Shown here one piece after another: positions 1 through 9,382 of a stretch of DNA of 64,000 nt. The notes beneath the pieces are model-generated. The model was not told where the DNA came from. It saw only the letters and a program-made list of their open reading frames with translations, and ran no database searches. Source of the DNA: Candidatus Peregrinibacteria bacterium (GTDB lineage Bacteria; Patescibacteriota; Gracilibacteria; UBA1369); NCBI GenBank assembly GCA_963708185.1, contig OY970195.1, positions 768,001 to 832,000 of the forward strand, in the 5' to 3' direction. Every line of letters begins with the position of its first letter. Within the stretch, counting starts at the first letter, position 1. The position numbers were made by a program, and so were the translations under genes.

Positions 1-1207
1 ACTTCGCGGGCCAGTAATGGTTTCCGTAGGCGTTCCATGTGGCGTAATCGTTGTCCTGAACAACCGGGTATTCGATACCGAAATCCTTGACCGCTTTCTG
101 GACGTTGGGAAGCTCTTTTTCGAAAGCGAATTCAGGAGTATGGACGCCGATGATGACGAGCCCTTTGTCCTTGTATTTGCCGTACCAGGTGTTCATGTAG
201 GGAAGCGTGCGGATACAGTTGATGCAGCTGTAGGTCCAGAAATCGACGATGACCACTTTGCCCTTGAGGTCGGAAAGCTTGAGCGGCGAAGAGTTGATCC
301 AGGCCTGGTTTCCGGTAAGTTCGGGTGCTTTGGTGCCCTTGGGCATGAGGAGTTTGTTGATCATGGCTTGCATGTCAGATGATGAATTTGAAGTTGGCGT
401 TGAGTTTTCGGTCGAAGTCGTCTGGTTCGATGTTGTCGTTGATGTTCCATTAATGCCCGTCGTATCAACAAGGTGCTGTTCAAGATTGTTGAAATCGGGG
501 AAGAGTCCGGCGAGGCTTGTGGAAAAAGTGGTATCGAGGCCGAAAGCGATGGCGACGACCCCCAGCAAGAGCAATACTCCGGAAATTTTCTGGATGAGGA
601 TTCCTTTTTCCTTCAGAAATTTGAGGCGGGTCACGATGAAGTTTCCGCCGTAGGCGATGATGAGCATCGGCACGCCGGCCCCGAGAGAATAGGCCAGCAT
701 GAGCAGCGTGACCTTTCCAACGTCCTGCTGTGTCGCGGCAAGGGTGAGGATGGCTCCCAAGATGGGGCCGGCACATGGTACCCAGACCAGTCCCAGTGAA
801 GCTCCTACAAGAAAACCGTTGATAAGGCCTTTTTTCTTCTGAACCTGCTGTGCCGGCATCGCCGCCTCCTGTTTCGGGACGAACTTGTTGAAAAAGTTCT
901 GGAGATGGAAAATTATCTTTTCAAAAACCGCGGGGAAAATCAGCGCAAATCCGAAAACGCCAAGGAATACCAGCGCGACGTTTCTGAGCGTGTTGTTCGA
1001 GAGGCCGAACAAATTCGTCACGTATTGAAAAATGAGCCCGAATCCGGTAAAACTCACCGTCAAACCGAGGACAATAAAAAAAGGCCTGAGCTTACTCTGC
1101 TGCTGGCCGATGGTGGATCCGAGAATGATTGGCAGTACGGCTAAAATACAAGGTGCGGCAATAGTGAGAAAGCCGCCGACAAAAGCAATGATGAAAAGTG
1201 AGGTCAT
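1..1207 (-). CDS. dipZ: Cytochrome c biogenesis protein DipZ (CcdA/DsbD membrane domain + thioredoxin domain), truncated at window edge; not in ORF track
   Basis: Manual translation from ATG 1207: MTSLFIIAFVGGFLTIAAPCILAVLPIILG...LVWVPCAGPILGAIL... then LKGKVVIVDFWTYSCINCIRTLP...GVHTPEFAFEK...YWPAK. Confidence 0.9.
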   Translation of the reverse strand, partial: MTSLFIIAFVGGFLTIAAPCILAVLPIILGSTIGQQQSKLRPFFIVLGLTVSFTGFGLIFQYVTNLFGLSNNTLRNVALVFLGVFGFALIFPAVFEKIIFHLQNFFNKFVPKQEAAMPAQQVQKKKGLINGFLVGASLGLVWVPCAGPILGAILTLAATQQDVGKVTLLMLAYSLGAGVPMLIIAYGGNFIVTRLKFLKEKGILIQKISGVLLLLGVVAIAFGLDTTFSTSLAGLFPDFNNLEQHLVDTTGINGTSTTTSNQTTSTENSTPTSNSSSDMQAMINKLLMPKGTKAPELTGNQAWINSSPLKLSDLKGKVVIVDFWTYSCINCIRTLPYMNTWYGKYKDKGLVIIGVHTPEFAFEKELPNVQKAVKDFGIEYPVVQDNDYATWNAYGNHYWPAK

Positions 1208-1312
1208 GTTTGTTTATTGAATGGTTATTTTACTTTTCACAGTGTACCTGATTTTGAGGGATGACGGAAATATTTCAGCCTCAACCTCCTATTCGATTTC
1301 AGAGATCTTTTG

Positions 1313-1321
1313 TGGTATAAT
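1313..1321 (+). promoter_or_regulatory. Extended -10 promoter (TGgTATAAT) for the beta-CASP nuclease gene
   Basis: Consensus TGnTATAAT 30 nt upstream of ATG 1352. Confidence 0.6.
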
Positions 1322-1351
1322 AGGTGGAAATAGAAAGTAACCCATATTTTC

Positions 1352-2755
1352 ATGAAACTTCAATCTTTTGGTGCGGCCCGTGAAGTAACGGGCTGAAGAC
1401 ATCTTTTAGAGGTCAACGGGAAAAAGATTTTCCTGGATTTCGGAATGTTCCAGGGACGGCGCAAGGAAGCCGATGCAAAGAACAGGGATTTTCCCGTTGA
1501 TGCATCAAAAATCGATGCCGTGATTCTTTCTCACGCCCACATTGATCACAGCGGTTGTCTGCCGTTGCTGGTGAAGAAAGGCTACCGCGGACCGATCTAT
1601 TCCACCTTTGCCACCCGCGATTTGTGCAACTACATGCTCATGGACAGCGCATATATTCAGGAAAAGGATGCAGAATACATGGAAAAAAGAATGAAAAAGA
1701 AGGGTGGCAAGAAGCCGATGGAACCCCTGTATACCGTCGAAGACGCCCAACGCTGTCTCGGCCAGTTTTACGGCGTGGGCTACGAACGCGCTTTTGTCGT
1801 CACCGACGGCGTGGTCTGTTCTTTATACGATGCCGGACATATTCTCGGCTCATCCCAGATTCACCTCGTCGTGTATGAAAAAGAGACGAAAAAACGTTAT
1901 ACTTTCGCGTTTACCGGTGATCTCGGACGCAAGAACCTTCCGATTCTGCGCGACCCGCAGGTTCTCCCAAAAACCGATTACCTGATGATTGAAAGCACCT
2001 ACGGCGACCGTTTCCACGAATCGATCCTCGACACCGAGAAAAGGCTTGAGGAAGTCGTCAATCGTACCGTAAAACGCGGCGGAAAAATCATTATTCCGGC
2101 TTTTTCGGTCGAACGCACCCAGGAGATCGTCTACAACCTCAACATGCTCTGGCAGAAGAAAAGAATCCCGGATCTTCCGATTTTCGTGGACAGTCCTTTG
2201 TCGGCGAATGTCACAGAAGTCTTCATGAACCATCCCGAATGTTTCGACAAGGAAACCTTCATGGAGTTCGTAAACAACCGCAAGAATCCTTTCGGTTTCG
2301 GAAAGCTTCAGTACACACATTCGGTTGAAGAGTCCAAAGCTCTCAATAATTCCAAAACCCCATGTGTTATCATTTCGGCTTCGGGAATGTGTGAAAACGG
2401 CCGTATCCTCCATCATCTGCGCAACAACATCAGCGACCCCCGAAACACCATCATGATCGTGGGATATATGGCAAAAGACACCTTGGGCCGCAAGATCGAG
2501 GATAAGCAGTCCGTGGTCAATATTTTCGGCGAACCCCACCATTTGCGAGCCGAAGTCGTCGTCATGGACGCATTCTCCGCCCACGCCGACCGCAGCGATC
2601 TTCTCGATTACATCAGCAGGGTCAAAGGCGTCAAGAAACTGTTCCTGGTTCACGGTGAAGAGGAACAGCAGGAGAAGTTCAAAGAATATCTCGGAGAAAG
2701 CGGATATAAAGACGTCACCATCAATACTCCCGGGGAAAGTTACGAGATCGGCTAG
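1352..2755 (+). CDS. MBL-fold/beta-CASP RNA-processing metallo-hydrolase, interrupted by an in-frame TGA at codon 15 (1394-1396)
   Basis: [34 protein letters not shown] is in frame with ORF 1445..2755; motifs SHAHIDHSG, AGHILGS, FTGDLG, ESTYG, FSAHAD, LVHGE. Confidence 0.9.
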
Positions 2756-2887
2756 TTTTTTTCGGGGTTTTCCGGAGCGTGGCCGGGCACTCTTGAAAGC
2801 GGAACAAAATCACGGTATCATGGCTCTGCTTTCCAAACAATCTCTGACAAAGGAAGCGATTTTATTCAGTCAGTAAGCCAAAAACAG

Positions 2888-2961
2888 GCGGGTGTAGTAT
2901 AATGGTATTATGACAGCTTTCCAAGCTGAAGACAGGGGTTCGATTCCCCTCACCCGCTCCA
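2888..2961 (+). tRNA. tRNA-Gly (anticodon TCC at 2920-2922), CCA encoded
   Basis: GCGGGTG/CACCCGC acceptor stem, T73 discriminator + CCA, GGTTCGATTCC T-arm, CAGC-TTTCCAA-GCTG anticodon arm. Confidence 0.97.
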
Positions 2962-3017
2962 TTGACATATTTACTAAAATATGTTATTTTAGTGATCTGT
3001 TTTTCATTTGATGGTTT

Positions 3018-3858
3018 ATGAATGTGAAATCTTTTGTACTTGGAACAGCTCTTACTTTTAAGCGGTTGTGAGCACGCGACCCAAATATCCACTTCTCATC
3101 CACAGGGTTTTGTTCAGGATCAACACGTGCAAATGAAGGATGGTGTCGAAACTGATGCCCGACAATTGGCGAAAGAAAAAGAGCAGCATGCCGCACTGAG
3201 AGCTGAGGATGAAAAAATAAGCGATGAAATTCATGGTTTACGATTTCGTGGAAGTCATAAATTGCAGGTTTGTATGGGTGAAAACAATGATCTTTTCAAA
3301 AAAAGTTTTGCATTGCTCGAGAAAAAGGTATCCCATGAGGAAATACGTTCATGTGCTGCAAACGAGGCAGAAAAACAATCCATTGATGATTGCGTTGATG
3401 AGATTTTTTTGCGCCGTGGTTCAGTCCGCGAACTTATTGAATATTATTTGCCAATGGTTGAGGCTGAAAAAAAGGTTGTGGCTTGCGTAAAAGATGATAA
3501 GCGTTGGGATCCGGCGATAGATGATGAGGATTTTAACGGCAGTCTTAATGTTCAACATCCTGATCCTGATATTCGCGAACGTATTCAAAAATATTCGAAT
3601 CTTTCCGAAAAAGGTCGCAAGATTTTTGAATATATAAGGACAAAAAAAGGAAGTGAAAAGGCCTGGAATATGCTTAGAAACTGTGATGCCCAACCTGCAA
3701 TCTCTCAGTGTTCACAACAACAGGAAGAACTCCTGCAACTTTTTCGGACAAAAGGCAAAAAGCAAAATTATCTCGATTATCTTGAGCAGATGATCACATG
3801 TCAGGTTCTTGATAACGAATGTATGGAAGCGAAACGTCCCGCGAAAAGCTCTAAATAA
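3018..3858 (+). CDS. AT-rich, Cys-rich putative lipoprotein of unknown function; probable frameshift in signal peptide (main ORF 3034..3858)
   Basis: LSGC lipobox; ATG 3018 gives MNVKSFVLGTALT, which joins LSGC if one T is removed from ACTTTTA (3054-3060). Confidence 0.6.
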
Positions 3859-3907
3859 TATATTTTCGTACTTCGTTCACCAGGGAGCTCCAGGATTTAG
3901 CATAATC

Positions 3908-3948
3908 AAAACAAACGCATAACGTCAACGAACGGATGCGTCTGTTTT
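3908..3948. terminator. Probable bidirectional intrinsic terminator between convergent genes
   Basis: AAAACAAACGCAT...ATGCGTCTGTTTT inverted repeat. Confidence 0.5.
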
Positions 3949-3965
3949 GAATAGTTCACAATTTC

Positions 3966-4490
3966 TTAACGTTTAATTCCAAAGATCCTGTCGCTTTCCT
4001 GCTGCATGAGTGTTTTGAATTTCATCGACAATTCAGGGTTGAAGCGTTGTTGCATTTCCGCCGGAAGATTCGGGTCGGAAGAGACGACAGGCGTCCAGTA
4101 GTTTTCGCATTCCAGCCACTGGCCGTTGGTGAATCCGTTCTGCTGGAGAACGACGTTGAAATCGATCTGCTTGTTCGGGTCCGCAGGGTCCTTGAGGTAC
4201 GCCATTTCTGCGTGGACTTTGGTGTAGACCTCGAGCGTGCAGGGTTCTTTGCCGCCGCGTGCCTTGGCCTGAGCCGTCTGAAGAAGCGGCATGAATGCCA
4301 TGGCCGTTTTGCCCATATCCGAAGGATCCATCATTTTTTTGGTGAAGCCGTCTTTGGCCGCGCGCCAGTCGGCGGCTGTGACGCCGTTTGCTTCGGCGAT
4401 TGAATCCTGTTTTGCTTCATCCGTGACGTCGGACATCAACGCGCAAAGTTCAGCGTATTTTTCCAGGGTAACATTATTGATTGCGTCCAT
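3966..4490 (-). CDS. Hypothetical protein with two-fold internal helical repeat
   Basis: TLEKYAELCALM..NGVTAADW / TLEVYTKVHAEM..NGFTNGQW duplicated pattern. Confidence 0.75.
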   Translation of the reverse strand: MDAINNVTLEKYAELCALMSDVTDEAKQDSIAEANGVTAADWRAAKDGFTKKMMDPSDMGKTAMAFMPLLQTAQAKARGGKEPCTLEVYTKVHAEMAYLKDPADPNKQIDFNVVLQQNGFTNGQWLECENYWTPVVSSDPNLPAEMQQRFNPELSMKFKTLMQQESDRIFGIKR

Positions 4491-4646
4491 CGTAAAAAAA
4501 ATTAAGGGGTAATGTTGACCCGCGCAGTATAAAAGTTTTTCAAGAAATTAGGCAAGCGTTTCCCTGATCAGTACGGTCACGGGTGGCCCAGGGATGCAAA
4601 AACCCACATTTAATGATACAATATAAAGAGTAGATAAAATTTTCTT

Positions 4647-5699
4647 ATGGATGCCATTCTCCAAGCCATAAAGTCTAATCCTTATTACCTCCCCGGAGCC
4701 ATTATTCTCTGTGGAATCCTTCTCGGCTGGTTTTTCCAGAAGGTCGTGAAGGTCAAGCTGAAAAAAATAAGCGAAAAGACGGCCTGGCAGGGTGATGACA
4801 TCATCATCCAGGGCATCGGGCAGGCGCCGGTCCTATGGTTTTTGCTCCTGGGATTTTATGCCGCATCTTTTTCCCTCCCGTTCATCGACGGGTATGAAGA
4901 TCTCGTTCGCGAGGGACTGTTTGTGGTTTTTGTGATATCGCTTTCGGTGGTTTGTTCAAGAATCTCCGTTCTCTTCATTCACGCGCACGCCAGGAAGCAA
5001 AAAGGGCTGCTTCAGTCCACTTCGATGTTCAGCGCTCTGACGAGGCTGGTCATTTACCTCCTTGGAACACTGGTAGTCCTGCAAACGTTCAATATTTCGA
5101 TCCTTCCTTTCATTACCGCCCTCGGCGTTGGAGGTTTGGCGGTCGCTCTGGCCCTGCAGGAAACCCTGACCAATCTTTTTGCTGGTCTTCACATCATTGC
5201 CACGCGCAAGCTGCATCCAGGCGACTTCGTGGAACTCGACAGCGGACAGTCAGGTTTCATCCAGGATATTTCATGGCGCAATACCACGATCCAGACACTT
5301 TCCAACAACCTGATCGTCGTTCCGAACGCCAAGATGGCTTCAGCCATCCTTACGAACTACACACGTCCCCAAAACGAAATGTCGGTCCTCGTAGCGGTTT
5401 CCGTGAGTTATGACAGCGATCTTGGCCACGTGGAAAAAGTCGTCAACGATGTGGCGTCGGAAATCCTGAAAAAAGTGACCGGCGGCGTGCCGACGTTTGA
5501 ACCTTTCATCCGCTACGGTGGATTCGGCGATTCGAGCATCAATTTCAACGTGATTCTGCGAGTGACCGATTACGTGAGCCAGTACCTCATCAAACACGAA
5601 TTCATCAAGGCTCTTCACAAACGTTTCAAGGAAGAAGGCATTGAAATTCCGTTCCCACAAAGGGATATTCATATCAAGGAATCTTTTCAAAAAGACTAA
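4647..5699 (+). CDS. mscS: Small-conductance mechanosensitive channel
   Basis: TM helices; LGVGGLAVALALQETLTNLFAG, GDFVEL, G.IQDISWRNT, VPNAKM, GIEIPFPQRDI. Confidence 0.93.
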   Translation: MDAILQAIKSNPYYLPGAIILCGILLGWFFQKVVKVKLKKISEKTAWQGDDIIIQGIGQAPVLWFLLLGFYAASFSLPFIDGYEDLVREGLFVVFVISLSVVCSRISVLFIHAHARKQKGLLQSTSMFSALTRLVIYLLGTLVVLQTFNISILPFITALGVGGLAVALALQETLTNLFAGLHIIATRKLHPGDFVELDSGQSGFIQDISWRNTTIQTLSNNLIVVPNAKMASAILTNYTRPQNEMSVLVAVSVSYDSDLGHVEKVVNDVASEILKKVTGGVPTFEPFIRYGGFGDSSINFNVILRVTDYVSQYLIKHEFIKALHKRFKEEGIEIPFPQRDIHIKESFQKD

Positions 5700-5700
5700 C

Positions 5701-6045
5701 GTGAATATTTTACGGATGAAGGCCGGGACACAGGTCATGATCGGAGCGCCGGCGCAGCCCATGGAAGCGGAGCGACTTGAAGCCCTCCGTTCTTTATTGA
5801 ACGGCGAAGAGGCCATTGCTGAAGCACACCTTCCGCAGATGTTCGCCCCCGGAGCCATGAACGCTCCCGGAAAAGTGCTGGTTGTCATCCTCAAGCCGGA
5901 CGCGGTCGTTGAAACCGTCATGGAGCGCCTGGACGAAGGTCTGAAAAAAATTCTCGGTGACAATGAATACCTCGACGTCCTCCCCGTCTCGCACAACAAC
6001 CCACTGCTTGAGGACTTCAGAAACGTGCAGTGCAGACTGAAATAG
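5701..6045 (+). CDS. Small hypothetical protein, possibly SseB C-terminal-like
   Basis: GTG 5701 or ATG 5716 directly after mscS; GTQVMIGAP..IAEAHLPQM..YLDVLP pattern. Confidence 0.55.
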   Translation: MNILRMKAGTQVMIGAPAQPMEAERLEALRSLLNGEEAIAEAHLPQMFAPGAMNAPGKVLVVILKPDAVVETVMERLDEGLKKILGDNEYLDVLPVSHNNPLLEDFRNVQCRLK

Positions 6046-6067
6046 CACCTTTTGAGGTTTGATGTCT

Positions 6068-7054
6068 TTACGTTGAGCTCTGCTGCGTCGTTGTCGTTGG
6101 AGCCGGTTCGACGAGTAAGAGCGAACCGTTTGTCGTGCTGTCGGATCGTATTTCGAGCGTGGAACCGGACGCGGCGGCGTCAGTGGAAGAACTGTCGGTC
6201 ACTGCGGTATCCGTCGTCGATGGTTCAACGGCTTCGGTGGTTCCAACGGCAGGAGCGATTCCCGTCTCTGTCACCGAAGTAACCTCCGGAAGAGCCTCAA
6301 CGGTTGTTTGCTGGGTTTCCTGTGTTTGCTGCTGTGTGACCTCCATCAAGACTTCGGGAGTATTGATTCTCAGGAGAGCGGGCTTGGAAGTTTCATTTGG
6401 TGATGGTACGGGTTTTGTTTCATCGTTATTTTTCGATTCATCTCCGATTTTTCCATTTTTTTCATTGAGATGGTTCTTCAACGTGGAAAGTATCTGCTGG
6501 CGGGATTGGATTGAAGCATTGAAATCGGTATTTATCTTGAGAGCCGTTTTGTCATTACTGTCTTTTTTCATTGAAGAGATGTCCCGGTTGAAGTTGTTTG
6601 ATTGTTCATCGAAACGGACAGAAATTTCACTGCTCAGTTTGGCATCGAGCCTGTTCTCTTTGGCGAGCGTCTCGGCCTCATCCAGTCTCTTCAAAGCGAA
6701 AACGGCTTCAAGCTGGGCTTTTTGTTCCGTGGAAAAGGCAAGGGTGGTCTGAACCTTTTCAATGACGTCAACTTTGAGCGGGTATAACGCATCACCGGGT
6801 AATGCTCCCTGTGCTGCGAAGACGACCCCGGTTCCTGCAAGAACCGCTATCAGTCCTCCGACGGAAGCTGACCGGACCCATCCCATCGCACCGTGGCGGA
6901 ACAGCCTTTTTTCAGCATGCAACCCGGGCGTATTGACCGCTTTTTCCATAAACCTGACCAGTTCGGCCCTGTGGCTGTCTTTTTCAGCCTGAGACAGCTG
7001 GATTTTTTGGGCGTTTTTGCCCAAATCTTTGAGGATTTTTTCTGGATCAGTCAT
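6068..7054 (-). CDS. DUF5667-domain membrane protein, putative anti-sigma factor, with S/T/Q-rich tail
   Basis: Start MTDPEK overlaps the sigma stop (ATGACTGA); TM segment then ALPGDALYPLK..EK..KRLDEA. Confidence 0.8.
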   Translation of the reverse strand: MTDPEKILKDLGKNAQKIQLSQAEKDSHRAELVRFMEKAVNTPGLHAEKRLFRHGAMGWVRSASVGGLIAVLAGTGVVFAAQGALPGDALYPLKVDVIEKVQTTLAFSTEQKAQLEAVFALKRLDEAETLAKENRLDAKLSSEISVRFDEQSNNFNRDISSMKKDSNDKTALKINTDFNASIQSRQQILSTLKNHLNEKNGKIGDESKNNDETKPVPSPNETSKPALLRINTPEVLMEVTQQQTQETQQTTVEALPEVTSVTETGIAPAVGTTEAVEPSTTDTAVTDSSSTDAAASGSTLEIRSDSTTNGSLLLVEPAPTTTTQQSST

Positions 7055-7571
7055 GGTTTTTGAGAACCTTACGGAGTTGTTTGAGACTTCTGTGGATTTT
7101 GACGCGGATGGCGTTTTCGGATTCACCGAGCGATTCGGCTATTTCTTTGGGAGAAAGTTCATCAACGTATCTCATCACGATGACCGCCTGGTATTGGGGA
7201 GGGATTTTCCCAAGCTGGTCCAATATCGCCTGGGCGTCAATTTTCTCTTTCAACTGCTGGGTATTTTCCGTACCGGGCATGAACCCTTCTTCCTGCAATT
7301 TTTCAAGCGAGACAACGGAATATTTCTTATTCTTTTTGATTTCGTCGATCATCAGGTTGTGCGCCACTTTGTAGAGGAAGGCCTGAATATTTTCGACCAC
7401 CTTGCCGTCTTTAACGTAAAGAAAGGTCTTGGTGAATGTTTCCTGCATCAGATCCAGCGCCTTTTCACGATCATGCATCCGGAAATAGAGATGGCGAAAA
7501 ATTTTATCCGAATACTTGTCGTATGTTTTGATAAAGTCGAGGATGATGCTTTGCTTGGGCTGGTTCGTCAT
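7047..7571 (-). CDS. ECF RNA polymerase sigma factor
   Basis: Region 2 DLMQETFTK..AFLYKVAHNL.ID and region 4 IVMRYVDELSPKEIAESLGESENAIRVKIHRS. Confidence 0.93.
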   Translation of the reverse strand: MTNQPKQSIILDFIKTYDKYSDKIFRHLYFRMHDREKALDLMQETFTKTFLYVKDGKVVENIQAFLYKVAHNLMIDEIKKNKKYSVVSLEKLQEEGFMPGTENTQQLKEKIDAQAILDQLGKIPPQYQAVIVMRYVDELSPKEIAESLGESENAIRVKIHRSLKQLRKVLKNHD

Positions 7572-7575
7572 ATAA

Positions 7576-7601
7576 GACGCTGCAAAAAATAGAATGTTAC
7601 A
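7576..7601 (-). promoter_or_regulatory. ECF-type autoregulatory promoter TGTAAC-N16-CGTC
   Basis: Minus strand TGTAAC ATTCTATTTTTTGCAG CGTC TTAT ATG; matches the AAC/CGT consensus of SigW/SigX-type ECF promoters. Confidence 0.75.
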
Positions 7602-7682
7602 CTATGAAAACTGTACTGTTGCTCAGTATACTATAATAGCGAATATTCATTGAACGTTACAAAACATCCGGCGAGTTCCGAA

Positions 7683-8555
7683 TTACAGCTTCTGGACGAG
7701 CGTCCAGGAGTCGTTGGCGACGGTTGCAACGGTTCCAAGAAGAGAAAGTCCACTATTGTTGCACAACAGTTCATAATACTCGTTCGCGGCGGTCGTTTGG
7801 AGTACGACGGTACCGGAATTTGTTGCACGGCTCGTAAATGCCGTTGTATCCACCGAGTAGGTGTCTGAAGGGATGACCGTTGTTGTCCCATCGAGGCGGA
7901 TAATACAGTGGATGTTCGAAACGTTGATCGTTGAATTCGAGTGAGTGACGCTGTAGGAAACACGGTACCATCCGGCTTTGTCGAGGGTTATACGGCTGTT
8001 GTTTGTGACCGTACTATGGGTAATTCCGGTATCCTTACGGCTTTCCGTATTGAAAGGAATTGGAACAAGCGAGCCACCGCCGAGATTTGTTCCTCCGGCG
8101 CCGTCAATGAATTGCCCTACGACAAGCGGGGCAATGGCGACCCAGTTTGTGTCGTCACAGTAATAAAAATTTTTCGCTGTGGAGTCGAAGTAGAAGCGTC
8201 CAGCTGCTCCGGAATTACACGTCGGCGCCGATGATAAATTTTCTGCGCGCGCATTGTTGATCTCGTTTCCGTTGAGGAAAAGGTTCCCGCTGACGTCGAC
8301 CGAACCGTTGACGGCCAAAGGATCCGAAATTTCAAATCTGGCGTTGGCCTGACTCCACTGGATGATTTTATTGAGCGTTTTTCCGAAGACGATCTGGATG
8401 TCTCCGGTATTGGTGTTGTCGTTGTCGATCACCACGGAATCGGAATCAATCGTTGCAAAATCGTCATTCTGGAAAAGAATATGCGCTTGGCATATTCTGA
8501 CCATGGAAATCAGGAACAACATAGTAAATACTATTTGGGAAGCCAGTATTTTCAT
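7683..8555 (-). CDS. Secreted fibre/adhesin-like protein with a C-terminal C1q/TNF-like beta domain
   Basis: Signal peptide (CQA-H); GRFYFDSTAKNFYYCDDTNW fibre-type motif; IPFNTE..ITLDKAGWYRVSYSV head-like motif. Confidence 0.6.
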   Translation of the reverse strand: MKILASQIVFTMLFLISMVRICQAHILFQNDDFATIDSDSVVIDNDNTNTGDIQIVFGKTLNKIIQWSQANARFEISDPLAVNGSVDVSGNLFLNGNEINNARAENLSSAPTCNSGAAGRFYFDSTAKNFYYCDDTNWVAIAPLVVGQFIDGAGGTNLGGGSLVPIPFNTESRKDTGITHSTVTNNSRITLDKAGWYRVSYSVTHSNSTINVSNIHCIIRLDGTTTVIPSDTYSVDTTAFTSRATNSGTVVLQTTAANEYYELLCNNSGLSLLGTVATVANDSWTLVQKL

Positions 8556-8709
8556 TGGTTTTCTGAGGAATGTTTTATATATTTATATATTACCCTATAT
8601 TAGCTATATTGACAATATTATGTCTTTATTTCATTCTTTTATCATTTTTGTTTTTTACTAAAAAGCCCTTTTGTAAGCCAAAAGGACATCCTGCAACATA
8701 TCTCAGCCC

Positions 8710-9048
8710 TCATGGAAGCATCTTTTTGAGTTCTCCGCTTTGGTACAGCTCTTCCAGGATATCCGCCCCGCCAATGAAGTTTCCCTGAATAAACACCTGG
8801 GGAAGGGTCGGCCAATCGGTGAAGTCCTTGATGGCCTCGCGCATTTGATAGTCCTCCAGAACGTTAAAACCCTGGAACGGGACCTTCAGTCCCTTGAAAA
8901 TATCAGCCACAAGGGCGCTGAAGCGGCACATCGGTTGGTCAGGCGTCCCCTTCATGAAGACAAAAATCGGGTGGGTTTTGATAAGTTCCTCGATCTTCTT
9001 GTGATGGTCGCTTATCACGGTGATTTTGACGTCGGAATCCTGATCCAT
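8710..9048 (-). CDS. grxD: Monothiol glutaredoxin (Grx4 family), CRFS active site
   Basis: FMKGTPDQPMCRFS..WPTLPQVFI.G.FIGGAD..SGEL. Confidence 0.92.
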   Translation of the reverse strand: MDQDSDVKITVISDHHKKIEELIKTHPIFVFMKGTPDQPMCRFSALVADIFKGLKVPFQGFNVLEDYQMREAIKDFTDWPTLPQVFIQGNFIGGADILEELYQSGELKKMLP

Positions 9049-9071
9049 TGATTGGTCGTTAGAAAGTAGCT

Positions 9072-9317
9072 TTAAGCGGAGAGTGTTTTGATATTGATCG
9101 AATGCAGTTCTCCTGATTTCAGCAAATCCCCGAAGGAGGCATAAACCATCTTGTGCTGTTCAATAAGCGGTTTATCCTGAAACACGCCCGAGGTTACGGT
9201 CACCCTCAGATGCATGCCGTCGTCACTATCGGTGATTTCGTATTCGCCGTCAGGGAAAGATTTCTTGAGACAATCCTCCATCTGGTCGACGAGCTGCTGA
9301 TTGATAGCTTGGCACAT
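9072..9317 (-). CDS. bolA: BolA/IbaG family protein
   Basis: DGMHLRVTVTS..F.DKPLIEQHKMVY..ELHSINIKT; adjacent to grxD. Confidence 0.88.
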   Translation of the reverse strand: MCQAINQQLVDQMEDCLKKSFPDGEYEITDSDDGMHLRVTVTSGVFQDKPLIEQHKMVYASFGDLLKSGELHSINIKTLSA

Positions 9318-9382
9318 AGGTTCTTGTTAGGTCCAGGTGTGTATTGTAGCCGCAAATCCACATCGGGACAAGATTGAACGTT

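Noticed and set aside
1394-1425. Selenocysteine insertion at the in-frame UGA
   Set aside because: The position corresponds to Ser rather than a catalytic Cys, the downstream hairpin (GACATCT-TTT-AGAGGTC) is weak, and no sel genes are in the window.
2940-4600. Prophage or integrative element at tRNA-Gly
   Set aside because: No integrase, no duplicated tRNA 3' end (att site) and no phage genes seen.
7054-7126. Extended N-terminus of the DUF5667 protein overlapping sigma
   Set aside because: ATG 7054 coupled to the sigma stop codon is the more plausible start.
7640-7661. Second TGTAAC upstream of the ECF gene
   Set aside because: No CGT-type -10 at 16-17 nt spacing.
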